Shown here: piece after piece, positions 38,496-51,214 of the stretch
Numbering within the stretch: position 1 is the first letter of the stretch
How the letters are laid out: each line of letters begins with the position of its first letter
Assembly: GCF_004010195.1 (NCBI RefSeq)
Contig: NC_057718.1
Span: 36,715,717-36,779,716 of the forward strand
Length of the DNA stretch: 64,000 nt
Source of the DNA: Chiloscyllium plagiosum
Taxonomy: Eukaryota
Reading direction: 5' to 3'
Position numbers and translations under genes: made by a program
The notes under the pieces: generated by a model
The model's database searches: none
What the model was told of the DNA's origin: nothing
Seen by the model: the letters and a program-made list of their open reading frames with translations, nothing else

Positions 38496-39575
38496 ACATT
38501 CTTTCAAATTTAATCAGATCCGCTCTCATCCTACTAAACTCCATCGAGCACAGACCCAAATTCCTCAAAAGCTGCTCATATGACATGCCGTTCACCCCGG
38601 GGATCATTCTTGCAAACCTCCTCTAGACTCCCTCTAACACCACTATTTGTAGCGGTACAAATTTCTCTTCAGATAAGTATTCAATAGGCTTTCAAAACCT
38701 TTGATTAAATCCAGGCTCAGTGCTTCTTCAGACAATGCATGGAGAGGTGCATGTGAGATTTGGATGCATAATCTTCCACCATAATTCAAGTTATTCTGTT
38801 TAAAGAAACAAATAAATTGAGTTCTAAAATCATACTAGGTCTATGAATTGCACATTTTGTTAACTCAGTAGTTAGAAAATGGAATTCTCATTTTTGGTAC
38901 CTCTGGTATAGGCAAAGAAAAAAAAATAGCTACTAACAAAAACAAAATTTATATTTTTCTTTACTTGCCAGAAAATTAAAACAATAATCAAAATGTTGTT
39001 AGATCACTGAAATACCTTCCCCTTCACACTGTTAGATACCAACAATTCATTAATGAACAAATCCCATATTTCTCTGCATTTTTTGCTGTACCTCAACTGC
39101 CCCAACAATAATGCCAGATCAAAGAAAATTGCAAGCTTTCAAACAGCTCCATAATGCTGCCAAACTCCACTTAGTATAAACAGAATGCGACAATTTACTG
39201 CTTATCAGTAATCCTGATGTTGGCACTCATGAAGCATAAACACTCATTTTATAAAACAGTATACCCTATGATTACCATAATTAACTCCACAGGAAATCTT
39301 GTCCATCTTAAAATTATATGATTTACAGGAATTAAAAGGCACTAATTAATTCAAGTCATTATTAGGAGTTGAAGTCATAAAAGTTTGAGAGATTTTTAAA
39401 TGACAGAACATCAAGACTTTGAACATTTCTGTAAAACATTTCTTGCATGGTTTAACCCCATTTATTGAAGCTTTTTTCTTGTCGGTGTGTTATACAGTAA
39501 AAGCTTTGTAACAGATTTAATGGCAGGGAGTGATAGGGATAAAAAGCTTGATAACATGGTCATCTGTACAACAGA

Positions 39576-39737
39576 GATGGAAATGTATTGCTGGAGAAGC
39601 GCAGCAGGTCAGGCAGCATCTAGGGAACAGGAGAATCGACGTTTCGGGCATTAGCCCTTCTTCAGGAATGACCTGCTGCGCTTCTCCAGCAACACATTTC
39701 CATCTCTGATCTCCAGCATCTGCAGACCTCATTTTCC
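39576..39737. mobile_element. Head-to-head PLE-terminus insert
   Basis: TSD catctgtacaacaga at 39561-39575 and 39738-39752; inverted arms. Confidence 0.9.
39638..39665 (-). ncRNA. Minimal hammerhead ribozyme core (PLE-type)
   Basis: CTGAAGA-A-GGGC-TAAT-GCCC-GAAAC-GTC: CUGANGA and GAAA boxes, stem II, palindromic ACGU helix III and a GUC cleavage triplet. Confidence 0.75.
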
Positions 39738-40509
39738 CATCTGTACAACAGAAGAGCAAGTTTTAACAGTATTGCAGCACAAGAGGTACGTTCCATCAGA
39801 GCTATTTTGTCAAACAGAATCCCCTTTATTTTGCTTTTCTTAAAAATGAATCAGGTTACAAAATATTCACTGCAGAAGATTCACGTGCAGCTATTACTAA
39901 CCAGGAAAATGCAATATTGCAACAGGCAGACTTAATATTCATGGTTGCTAAGCAACACCATCATGTTCTCATACGACCAAGAACCCAGCTGTACTCAAAT
40001 GTAAAGGAGTATACTTCAATACAGTCCAAGACATTGACTGCGCAGGACACGCCTCAACCTAACTTAGCATATTACACAATTACCTGGTGTTACCTATTGG
40101 AAACTAATTATTCCTTATTGAAGAAAACATAGTTGAGCGTAGGAAGAAAGATTCAAGTAACTGTTAGTGGGTAAGCAGAGTTCCTTCACTCTCTACAATG
40201 CAAGCAACAGCTTCTGAAGCATTGAACCAGAGTCTCTCGAGCAACAGATTCTGTTACATTTGGATCATTGGTTCTAGTTGACCCATCTTTCAGCTAGCTT
40301 AGCTTTCACCTTATGACATATGTAGACTAAACTGACGCACTCTGGCCAATGCAGCTTTACAACAGAAGTTCGATATCTTTTAATTCCTTGGTCTTAAAGG
40401 TTCCCAATACTTAGAAAAATATATTTTTAGATCTGTTGAGTGAAGATTACTGAAAAAAATAACACAACTAAAGGCACAGTGATTCAAATTGGGCAAGTTT
40501 AGACTGAGG

Positions 40510-40663
40510 AGAAAGTGAGGACTGCAGATGCTGGAGATCAGAGCTGAAAATGTGTTGCTGGAAAAGCGCAGCAGGTCAGACAGCATCCAAGGAGGAGAAT
40601 CGACGTTTCGGGCATAAGCCCTTCTTCAGGAAGTTTACTGAAGAGACTGGAGATGACTGCAGA
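40510..40663 (-). mobile_element. Single PLE-terminus insert
   Basis: 20-bp TSD tgggcaagtttagactgagg at 40490-40509 and 40664-40683. Confidence 0.9.
40602..40629 (-). ncRNA. Minimal hammerhead ribozyme core (PLE-type)
   Basis: CTGAAGA-A-GGGC-TTAT-GCCC-GAAAC-GTC. Confidence 0.75.
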
Positions 40664-40999
40664 TGGGCAAGTTTAGACTGAGGCCTTGCTGGAATTTGAA
40701 TACTGCCAGATTTCAAGTCAGGCTGGGTCAGATGGAGTCAAGAGATAACTTGGATCTCTGGACAGGGGAGCACATAATGCAACAATGTTGATAAGTTAAT
40801 CTCGGGCTACACCACGCTGATACAGTGCCTAAGCAAACTGACCAGATAAGATCTTTTTTATTTTACTCCACTAAAGTTTGATGTATGGTATATTGTAAAT
40901 ATATCCAGTTTTGAGACACTGTACTTGCACAAAGAGAACCTAAAACACAATCCAAAAAAAAAAGTACCACCTGGCATTTGCACCATACAAGTATGAAGC

Positions 41000-41640
41000 A
41001 AAGATCATCCCCCAACCACAAAGAATGTAACCATTGGCCATTGAGGTGGCTGTGCTGTCATTCAGAAGATCCCGACAGTCCAACCTGAGTGAGGAAACAT
41101 TGACTTCCGGTCCTGGAAGCCACTACCACATACTGATCTTGGAGGGCTGCACAGCAGCAGGAAAAGTAGAAGGAAGATAGGATACCATTGGCCACATGAG
41201 TACAGTGGCTCCAAGAGCCGGAGAGAAGTCCAGAATTCTGTGGCAAGTAACTCATCTCCAGTCTCTTCAATATATATGGACCAGCCACCAGACACAAATC
41301 AGAGTTTGATGGGATACTCCCCATCTGCCTGATGAATGCAACAACATTCAAAAGGCTTATGATCGAGGACAAGGTAGCCCACTGATTGGTACCCCATCCA
41401 CGGCCTTCACCACAGAATTACATGCGCACCAGCTACTGAAACCTTCAATACAGTACAATATTACACAATTTTTCAACAGCAACTTCTGAACCTGCGACTT
41501 CTACTACCGCAGTCAAGGGCAGCAGATACATGGGAACTTCATCACATCCAATTTCCCCTCCAAGCCACACATCACCATCTTCTCAAGGGATGGGCAATAA
41601 ATGCTAGCCTAACCATCCACACCCTTATTCCATAAATCAA
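41000..41640 (+). mobile_element. LINE family B 3' fragment, degenerate
   Basis: gatgggatactccccatctgcctgatgaatgca; tail gggcaataaatgctagcc. Confidence 0.7.
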
Positions 41641-42309
41641 TAAAAAGGAACAGCTTATAACACAAATGTTCAACCAATATTTACTGTTCCAGAAGAACAT
41701 GGGTATACCATTAAAATCAGCTGATACCAGAGCAACAAATTTTGCAGTCAACCAACCCCCAGTTATTCCTAGGTGATAATGGGATCAGGTCACACTGTCT
41801 CAAGGACACAGTTCCCACACAATTGTATCAAATAGATCCATTCAGTAGTACCCATATCGAACAATTCAGATTTAAAGCAGGACCAATTATGTAAGTTTTA
41901 ATCTTCAAAACATACACATATTTTGCTAGAGACTATAATATGTTTTGATGCCTTATTTAGAATCTGTGCTCTTTTCCATTCCTATCAGAGTATAAACCTA
42001 GCAACATGAATTGTAGGTCAACAGTGTACAAAGCAATGGGGTTGTGGAGTTTGATCTCCTTTGTCAAGATTTAGCATCACCTATAACAGAGTTGCGATGT
42101 GATATTCAGTGAAGGAGGAGGTTTTCATACTGAACTTGAAAAACAGAAAACGCAATTTCAAATAAGCAAACTCCACTGAGCTCAAAGCTTAAATGTGAAA
42201 CATAACACTAAATATAACTCTAAGGAAGATGCCATGATATAGTAAATCTCAAACAAAAATCCTTAAAACCATTTAATGTTTTCCAACATTTTAAAAGGCA
42301 AATCATTAA

Positions 42310-43000
42310 AAGATAGGGATTAATGAAGAACAGTTGGCACGCTTTTGCACAGGGGAAGTCATGTCTGAGTAACTCGGTTGAATTTTTCGAAGAGGTGACC
42401 TGGTGTGTAAATGAAGGTTACACTTTAGACGTAAGCTACTGGAACCAAAAAGATCCCTCAGACACTGATAGCAAAGAGAAGAGCCCATGAGATGCAAGAA
42501 AATTTGACTAAATGAATTCAGAATAGGCCAAGTGGCAGAAAGCAGAGGTTGATGGTCAAGTGGTACTTGTGTGACCGGAAGCCTGCATCTAATGGAGTTC
42601 TGCAGGGATCAGTGTTGGGACCCTTTGTGTTTGTCCAATATGCTCGTGTTTCATGGCTTGTGACAGCTCTTCACATTAATTCCAATATTCCTTTAGCAGT
42701 GCCTTCCAAACCCACAAACACCAACATCTAGATTGCCAAGAACAATTGATACATGGAAAAAGCACCACTTAGAAGGTGCCCTCCAAGTCACTCATCATCC
42801 TGATTTGGAAATATGTTGCCATTACTTCAGTGTCACTGGGTTAAAATCCTGGAATTTCCTCCCAAATGGCATTGTGGATCTGCTTAAACCAAATGGCCCC
42901 CAATAGTTCAAGACAGCAGCTTACTATCACCTCTCAAGGGCTACTGGGGGTTGGCAATAAATGCTGGCCCAACCAATGATGCCCTCATTCTTAAATGAAC
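42310..43000 (+). mobile_element. Degenerate CR1 RT fragment (~42310-42640) followed by a LINE family B tail (~42700-43000)
   Basis: ORF 42549..42731 GVLQGSVLGP; tail ggcaataaatgctggccc. Confidence 0.65.
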
Positions 43001-43864
43001 AAAAACCATGCCACCAGTCTGCCTGATCTCTCTGGCACTTTTGGCCCCGATATTACCAGGGAAAAAGAAGAATTGGTGCTGAAGACCAACAATTTTAAAA
43101 AGGCACTTCAGAATAGAAGCACTTCCAGGCAGGAATTCCATGAGCAACAGGGTGGAGAGAATCTAACCAGCACATTAACTAGTTGATCTAGTCTCAGAGC
43201 ATTAAAATACCAGTCAATAAACGGCAAGTACTCCCCCATGGCTCACATTAAAGCACATTTTTAAAAAGTCAGCATTTAATAATGAAATTCAAAGTTGCAT
43301 TGTCCCTTCCTCTTGTGTACAGAAAATAATTATCGAGCAAGAAAGCTAGATTACTTGCATTGTTAATTCATAACTCTTTACAAATACTCCCTGCCTCCCC
43401 AACTCAACACACATGAAACAGGGGAATGAGACCGGGATGTTTCGGACTGTAAATACCGTAGGTGTTGAACCAGAGTCGATGCTGGCCTACAGTGTTTGTT
43501 GGATAAGGAAGGTAGAGCTAAGTGTGTGGAATTTGCTAGTTCCAAACAGAAAGCAGTAAATGGTTACACTAGGTCTCAAGAACTGTATTCAAAACCCAAC
43601 CAGTATTTTTTGAAATACTGTACAAAAACTTGGAAAACAATGCAGTAAATACATACTTAAAACTTTAAATGTTATGATTTTTCTGTCTACATATACATTG
43701 CAGATGTCATTTACAGCCAGAGGCTTTGGGAATTCATTCATTTGTTCTGCCCAGACTAGCTTCACCTCAAGTTCCAAGAACTGAAAGATGCTCAACATGC
43801 TCATAAGCCCTCTTTTATTATAGGGGCAGAAGAACAGGAGACCAGTGGACCTTTCAATACTCTG

Positions 43865-44079
43865 GGAGAAAGTGAGGACTGCAGATGCTGGAGATCAGAG
43901 CTGAAAATGTGTTGCTGGAAAAGCGCAGCAGGTCAGGCAGTATCCAAGGAGCAGGAGAATCGACTTTTCGGGCATGAGCCCTTGTGATTCCTGAAGAAGG
44001 GCTCATGCCCGAAATGTCGATTCTCCTGCTCCTTGGATGCTGCCTGACCTGCTGTGCTTTTCCAGCAACACATTTTCAG
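43865..44079. mobile_element. Palindromic head-to-head PLE-terminus insert with a plus-strand hammerhead core (43991-44018)
   Basis: TSD ctttcaatactctg at 43851-43864 and 44080-44093; core CTGAAGA-AGGGC-TCAT-GCCC-GAAA-TGTC. Confidence 0.9.
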
Positions 44080-45478
44080 CTTTCAATACTCTGCTCAATT
44101 TGGTCATGGCATGTTAGTGCGATAAACGTAACTTGCATGAATTGTTCAGTTTGCAAAATATCAATAATTTCAGAGATTGATGTGGTCTTTAGTATGCGTA
44201 CTTTGAACAGATGGTGTTAATGCTGATTACCCAACAGTAACTGTGTCATGGGGCAGAAAGTTGGGTTCTGGGTGTTCAGGTGGAAGATTTATTTTTAAGA
44301 GTTGGGTTAATTCAGAGTTTTTCATTTGACATTGGCTGCAGTAAAGGAAGGTGTATTGAGGAAGTTTCAAACCATCAATGAGAAGACAAAGTGCTTGGAC
44401 CAGAGAAGTTGATAGCAATGAGACACAGGTGATGCAGAGTAGGTGGAAAGGGGAGATTATTGTTTGGTTGAACATTATAATTGAGTTAGGTTAGAAGGAA
44501 CAGTCAGGGTCTTGGTAGAGAAGAGAAATCAATGGCAGAGGATATGGCAAGGAAGAAAAATTTTTTTTTAAATTTGATTGATTTCTAGGTGTGGATGATT
44601 TTCTGGGTGACAGAAAAACTGGGCAAAAGTTAGTGTTTTAAGTAACGTGAGCAAGATTGCTTCAATTCAGTATAACTCTGTATGCATATCCATTAATACC
44701 TCCAGAGTCTCCCCCCATTAAACTTCATATTTCTACCTTTGTGCTTCCAAAACAACAAAGACACATACAACCCAAAATGAACAAAGTTCATCGCTTTGTG
44801 CCACTGCACTTTTATTTAAATATCTATGTATGTATTTCTTCAGTGTGTCAAAACCTTTACCATTTTGTACACATTTACTATCAGCTTTCCCCAAAATATA
44901 CTGCTTCACCTTCAGCTGCATGGGTCTGCATTTACTACGGTCTTCTAATTCAACCGACATCCTCTTGTAACTTTCCTCAGTGTCTTAATTTTATAATTTA
45001 AATATCTTTAAACTTAAATATTCACTTTTTCCCATGCTTAGTTTTATAGTTCCCAGTTTTGTTCATGTGAAAAATATTCCATCTCATCCTTAATTTTGGC
45101 TTTCTACCCAGAGTTACCCTTCTACTCTAGCAACAACATTCCCTTCGAGTGCAGACAACAATAACGTTTTATTTATGCACATTTTGGTTTCAAGACAACT
45201 CACAAATTTGTCCAGACTTCCTTTACATTTGCTGACTGAGCTTGATTAGTCCATGCCTTTTTGCATTTACAGTAAATGCCTCCACGCTAGTGTACGCAGA
45301 TTAGTGGCAGTAACAAAAAACCTCAATACAACTGCTGGTCCAATTAATTTCCAAATGAAGAGAGATGTCAATTGTTACCATTCAATTCATAAAAGATAGG
45401 TAGAAATATAGCTGCAGCCAGATTTCTAAAGTATGAAGCAACAAAATCATTTCCCCATATACAATTTTGTTAAATTAC

Positions 45479-45556
45479 AGAACTTCTATATCTACCTCAG
45501 GTATTTCTACAGCCTTAGCAAGTGTGAAGGCATAACACTCCAGTGCATATAAATAC
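45479..45556 (-). other. Candidate exon (78 nt, symmetric phase 2)
   Basis: gtttcatgtgtggttctcaatag|GTAT...TTCT|gtaatt; open frame RYLYALECYAFTLAKAVEIPEVDIEVL; weak splice sites. Confidence 0.2.
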
Positions 45557-46069
45557 CTATTGAGAACCACACATGAAACTTCAAAATTAACTATTCCCAT
45601 CATAAAAGTTTCCCTTGAGTTAAAGTCATGCATATTTACTACAATGGAAACAAAAGAAAACACTAAATTACATACTTCTTTCTCACTTTAACTTGGGCTA
45701 CAGCACAAAACTGACTAGGATACCAATCATTTCCTGAGAGAATGTGACAATTTAAAATAAAATTTAGAACAGTGTAACTTTGCCCTATCTGAATATCATT
45801 CATCAACTGAAACAATTCCTCTGCTACCTCACTCGTTAGCATTCTTCATGATGGGAATGTAGCCACCAACTTGGCGAGGTCAAATAAAATCATCTTCACA
45901 TTTCCGACAGTTGAACAGAGAGATTCTGCAAAGGCAAATTCTGTCACACATGAAGAAGTTGTCCCTTGCTTGTGGAGCAGAATGATCTCTGCTGATACCT
46001 TGTCTGAAGGGCCAGTATTTGGTTTTGCACTTCTGAAACTGCATGACATTGCACTAGCGAATCCTTAGG

Positions 46070-46528
46070 TAAGAACAATGACTGCAGATGCTGGAAACCA
46101 GATTTTGGATTAGTGGTGCTGGAGGAGTACAGCAGTTCAGGCAGCATCCGAGGAGCAGCAAAATCGATGTTTCGGGCAAAAGCCCTTCATCAGGAATAAA
46201 GGCAGAGAGCCTGAAGCGTGAAGAGATAAGCTAGAGGAGGATGGGGGTGGGGAGAAAGTAGCATGGAGTACAATAGGTTAGTGGGGGAGGGGATGAAGGT
46301 GATAGGTCAGGGAGGAGGGTGGAGTGGATAGGTGGAAAAGAAGATAGGCAGGTAGGACAAGTCATGGGGACAGTGCTGAGCTGGAAGTTTGGGACTAGGG
46401 TGAGGTGGGGAAAGGGGAAATGAGGAAACTGTTGAAGTCCACATTGATGCCCAGGGGTTGAAGTGTTCCAAGGCAGAAGATGAGGCGTTCTTCCTCCAGG
46501 CGTCTGGTGGTGAGGAAGCGGCGGTGAA
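46070..46528 (-). mobile_element. PLE 3' fragment with hammerhead-like core (46166-46193), inserted in the RTE
   Basis: Homologous to 9068-9300 and 55020-55470; core CTGATGA-AGGGC-TTTT-GCCC-GAAAC-ATC. Confidence 0.9.
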
Positions 46529-47904
46529 TTTCATGTCTCTTTTGGCAAATTCTTGAATTAGACATTCAGACACGGTGTTGATATTGTCACAGGCTGACTC
46601 TGCATACCCTGGAGATATGCACATGCCAAAGTAATAAAAGCCTTCTTTGCTTGATTAGCACGACATTGGTGACACATCTTTCCAAGTGATGCCAAAAAAA
46701 TGCATCCTCTACAGTGGAGAAGAAAAAGGTCATTGAACATTTGCGTTTGGTAGGTGGAAGTTGTCCAGGCTTCACTGACAAACAGCAACATGTGAAGGAT
46801 AGAAATCTTGGGTCGTCAGGTCAGTTTGTTGTTTCTCCATGCCCATTTTGTTCAAGATTGCTTTTGGTCAGGATTGTCCCTCATTATTGGTCCAGTTGGC
46901 AAAGTTTGGTAACTACTTAGAGTTGTTGTGATGTTGAATTTGATCACAGGCAAAAGATACAACTCCTTGTCTAATAACAACTGTAGTTTTTATTTGGTAG
47001 CTATAATGGACATGACATGAGCATGGTTCAGATGATACACAAGTCTTTACAGCTACTCTCCCATTTGGGCTAGTAGTGTAATACCGTTAACTAATTATGT
47101 TCTCTGATCAGGACACGCATGCCTTTTATTTTGACTTGATAGGCTGATATTTGGAGATCTTCCTGCCGTTATGGCAGGAAAAGCAAACATTAGGAGAACA
47201 GAGGACTCATTAAAAAAAAAGACATCGACCAGTTCCAACCTTTTTGTGACCTTAAAACTATGAGAAATTGTGCCAAACTGAATCTGTGCAGGTTAACATG
47301 AAAGGACTACATGAAACTGCAATAATTGGAAGGACACCAATTGTCTTTGGTATTCAGTTGAGGCTGCCCCATTCACTGACACTGGAAAAGGCTCAACGAT
47401 GCGGAGTTAGATGATCTAGTAACTGGCATAATCTTCCTCCATCTCTTTTGTTCTTTCATAATGTAGTAATGCTTGTCACATAACTATGGGATAGTGATTG
47501 CTCTCCAGCAAAAATAGTAGCTGCTGTGGAGGGAAGGTAGCAGATGGGACTTTCCTTTCTTGAGTAGCTCTGCTGTTATCTTAGTCCATTCCAGAAATTG
47601 TCCCTACTGTTGGGAATCAAATGGACCTTTAAAGCTCATGCTGAATCATGTGTGTTCTGAATGTTCAGAAATATTCTGAATCATATGTTAGGTCGCTGAA
47701 GATCATTAAACAATGTGAGATACCAGTCTTGTCGAGTCTACCATGGAATGCTCAACCAGTGGGGCATTTGCTCATTACTATCAATGAATAATTCAATAAT
47801 TCTATTTCAACGAACAACTTTGATATATAAAAAAAAGAGTGTTTATCAGCAACGGGTGAAGGGCATTATGTCACAGGCTGTCTTCTTTTGCATTCAATAT
47901 ATTT

Positions 47905-49395
47905 TTTTAAATTCATTTGTGGAATGGAGGAGTCATGTCCTGGCCAGCATTTATTGCCTGCCCCTAGCTGCCCTTGAGAAGGTGGTGGTAAGCTACCTTC
48001 TTGAACTGCTGCAGTCCACTCATTGTGGGTTGACCCACAGTGCCATTAGGGAGGAAATTGCTGAATTTTTGAGCCAGCAACAGGTGAAGGGACAGTGATA
48101 TATTTCCAAGACAAGATAGAATGTGGCTTGGACACGAACTTGAAGGTGGTCATGATCCTATTTATCTGCTGCCCTTGCCCTTCAAGATGGAAGCAATTAT
48201 CAATTTGGAACGTGCTGTCTGATTTTGTGAATTTCTGCAGTGCATGTTGTAGGTAGCACACACTGCTGCCTCTGAGCATTGGTGGTGGCAGGAATGGATG
48301 TTTGTGGATGCAGTGCTAATCTATGAGCTGCTCTGTCCAGGGTGATATCAAGCTCAAGTGTTGTTGGATCTGCAACCATCCAGGCAAGTGGAGAGTCAGG
48401 AGGTGAGCTACTTGCCACAGTATTCCTAGCCACTGACCTGCTCTTGTAGCCACTATGCTATTGTGACAAATCCAGTTGAGTTTCTGGTCAATGGTAACCC
48501 CCAGGATGTCGATAGTGGGGGATTCAGTGATGGTAACACCACTGATTGTCAAAGGGCTGTGATTGGACTCATCTTTATGGTCATAGCCTGGCATTTGAAA
48601 GGCACAAATGTTACTTGCCATTTGTCAGCCCAAGCTTGGACTGCTTTAATAGCAAAAGGAGTCACGAATGATGCTGCATATAGTGCAATCTTCGGCAAAG
48701 TTGCCACTTCTGACCATATAACGGTCAGAATGAAGATCATTCATGAAGCAGCTGAAGATGTTTGGGCTGAAGACACTACCCTGCAGAATCCCTGCAGTGA
48801 TATCCTGAAGCTGAGATGACTGACTTCCAACAACCACATCTTCATATGATTAAACCAGGAGAGTTTGCCACCAATACTCATTGATGCTACACTCTTGTTG
48901 AACACAGCTTGATGTCAAGGACTGTCACTCTCACCTCTGGAATTCACCTCTTCAGTCTATGTTGAACCAAGACTGTAGTCAGGTCAGCAGGTGAGTCAAT
49001 CCAATCTGTGCACTGCTCAGCAGGTGCTGCTTGATAGCACTGTTGATGACACCTTCCATCACTTTGTTGATGACAAAGAGTAAACTAATGGGGCAGTAAC
49101 TGGCTGAGTTGGATTTGTCCTGCTTTTTATTTACAGGACATACCTGGGCAATTTTCCACATTGTTGGGTAGATACCAGTGTTGCAATTGTACTGGAAGAG
49201 CTTGGCTGAGGGAACAGCAAGTTATGGATCACAAGTCTTCAGTATTATTACCGGAATGTTGTCAGGGCCCAAAGCCTTTGCAGTATCCAGTACCTCCAAC
49301 TGTTTCTTGATATCACGTGGAATGAATCAAATCAGCTAAAGATTGGTATCAATTATGCTGGAGACCACTGGAGGATGCAGAGATGGTTCATTCAT
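47905..49395 (-). mobile_element. LINE family B, inserted in the RTE
   Basis: ORFs 48979..49161 WKIAQVCPV.KK.DKSN...Y.PISLL, 48646..48837 GILQGSV.SP..F..D..FAED, 48316..48621 ILGVTIDQKLNW. Confidence 0.9.
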
Positions 49396-51214
49396 TCGGA
49401 TGAAGTTGGAGTGTTTGTCACTTGTACAATCTTCTGCATAATCGCCTTGTCTAGTAAGAGGGAATGTGACAGGTTGTAAAAGCAAGTGAGCTCTTTGCTT
49501 CAATGAATTTTGAAAGAATCTTCTTTGTTCCTGATTTCTCCTTTACCAAATATGCTTGCTACAGCTTCATAGATGATTGACTGTAGAGAGTTTCATGCGT
49601 CATCAACATTATCTGGTGAGCCCTCAGGTGGAAGGGACTGTGAAAGAGTTCAAAATTCCTGAGATTTGTCATCATCCTTCATGCACAGGATGTTGATATG
49701 TGGCATACCATGCTATTTGGTCTTTTATTTTTTCTGTTATACCTTCATCTGACTACTGATAAAAATTGATCAGAATCAGTCTATATCGCAATAAATGAGA
49801 TGATGTGAAAAACACTGAACAGGACATCTGATGATGATCAGGTTAGGTTGGTGGCAATAGCCCGATCTCAATTGTTGCCCCAACACCTTGTTCTGATATC
49901 AGCACTAGACGGTATCAGTATTGCACAGACCATGCAGTGCATAGTTCAGCAGCTATTTTCCATTTTAACTCACCTTTCAAGGGCATATGTGCCACTAAAC
50001 TCTGACCTAAATCTTGGTTAGAGTGGGAAGGAATTAATTATCTTGCATTTTGCAATCAGAAAATTTCTCCTAGAATAGCCTATTCTATCATAATTAAAAG
50101 AAACAATTTTGAAACCAAGCAGCTTTGCTCATCCTGACTGCCATCACAAAATGTATTCCTATGCTGTGAAGCTAACATTAACATTGGGAACTCTTTCTTC
50201 ATACTTATACTTTCCTGCTGCTTAAACCAACAGCAAACCGCCCAGAATGTATCATTTATTTCCACTTACAGGTCAGGACAATTTCAATTAGATTATTACT
50301 GCATCCCTTCTAACCCTAACAGTACAGGGTTATTTTAATTTTATTTTAATCATTTACACAGCAGTTCATAAACAGAATAGCATTTCAATTACCGCTGCAG
50401 GAGAGGACAAGCGACTCTACAAGCATTGGCACCTTAGTTTTTCCTCACCAGTAACAAAATGCTGAAAGTCACACTCAGTAATAAAAATCAGTGTTCTTCC
50501 CAAAGTGGAGTTTTGTTGGTATTGCATTAACAATACAAAATCAAAACATTCTTGTACCCTGATGCTCATTAGATGGATAAGAAAGGCACTTTGTCAATAC
50601 TCACAGATCAACTAAGCTACTTAACTTCTCAAATTATTACAACCTTAAAATTTAATGAAATCTACTTTCCAGTAGGATCCCTAATTTTCATAAAGACTAT
50701 TTATGAACCATCTGCCAGACCTAGTTACAGCAGACACCTCATCCAGTATGCAGTTAAATTCAGGGTCTTTTCACTTGTACAATTCTAATTTTCAAGTTTA
50801 CAACCATCAGGCATCTGCTTCATCTCGGAAAATGCATGAAGTGATCCAGTGTTAACGCAGCCAGACTGTATCCAGGCAAACCATTACCACCAGAAAGAGG
50901 GAGTCAAAACTCCTCCACCACCCAACCCCCACTTGCACAAGGTATGCACTTCGCAACACTCATCAGCCAAAAGAATTCCCTCTATAGCAACATTATGACA
51001 TTGGTGGGAAATTACATTATGATTGGAGACAGCTGTCAAACAGCCTCTTCTCATATGGTTGTGGCAAGTTTCTTTTATGCAAAGAGTATTACTGAAGAGT
51101 GGACATGCTGCATAAATGTTTGCTCCAAAACAGCCTCAGAATATTTAAAGCAAAATTAAACAAAAAGATAAAGGCCCCAACAAGTGTACCCCGTTTCAAA
51201 ATAAAGTCAGACAT

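Larger units (their letters stand above)
45830..50050 (-). mobile_element. Ancient RTE-clade LINE, fragmented by later insertions
   Basis: Endonuclease-like remnants at 49750-50050; LLFVSEAWT (LLYGSETWT-like) in ORF 46558..46791; C-terminal CDRICLCRISLF (C.R.C.SRIGL-like) near 45910-45950. Confidence 0.7.
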
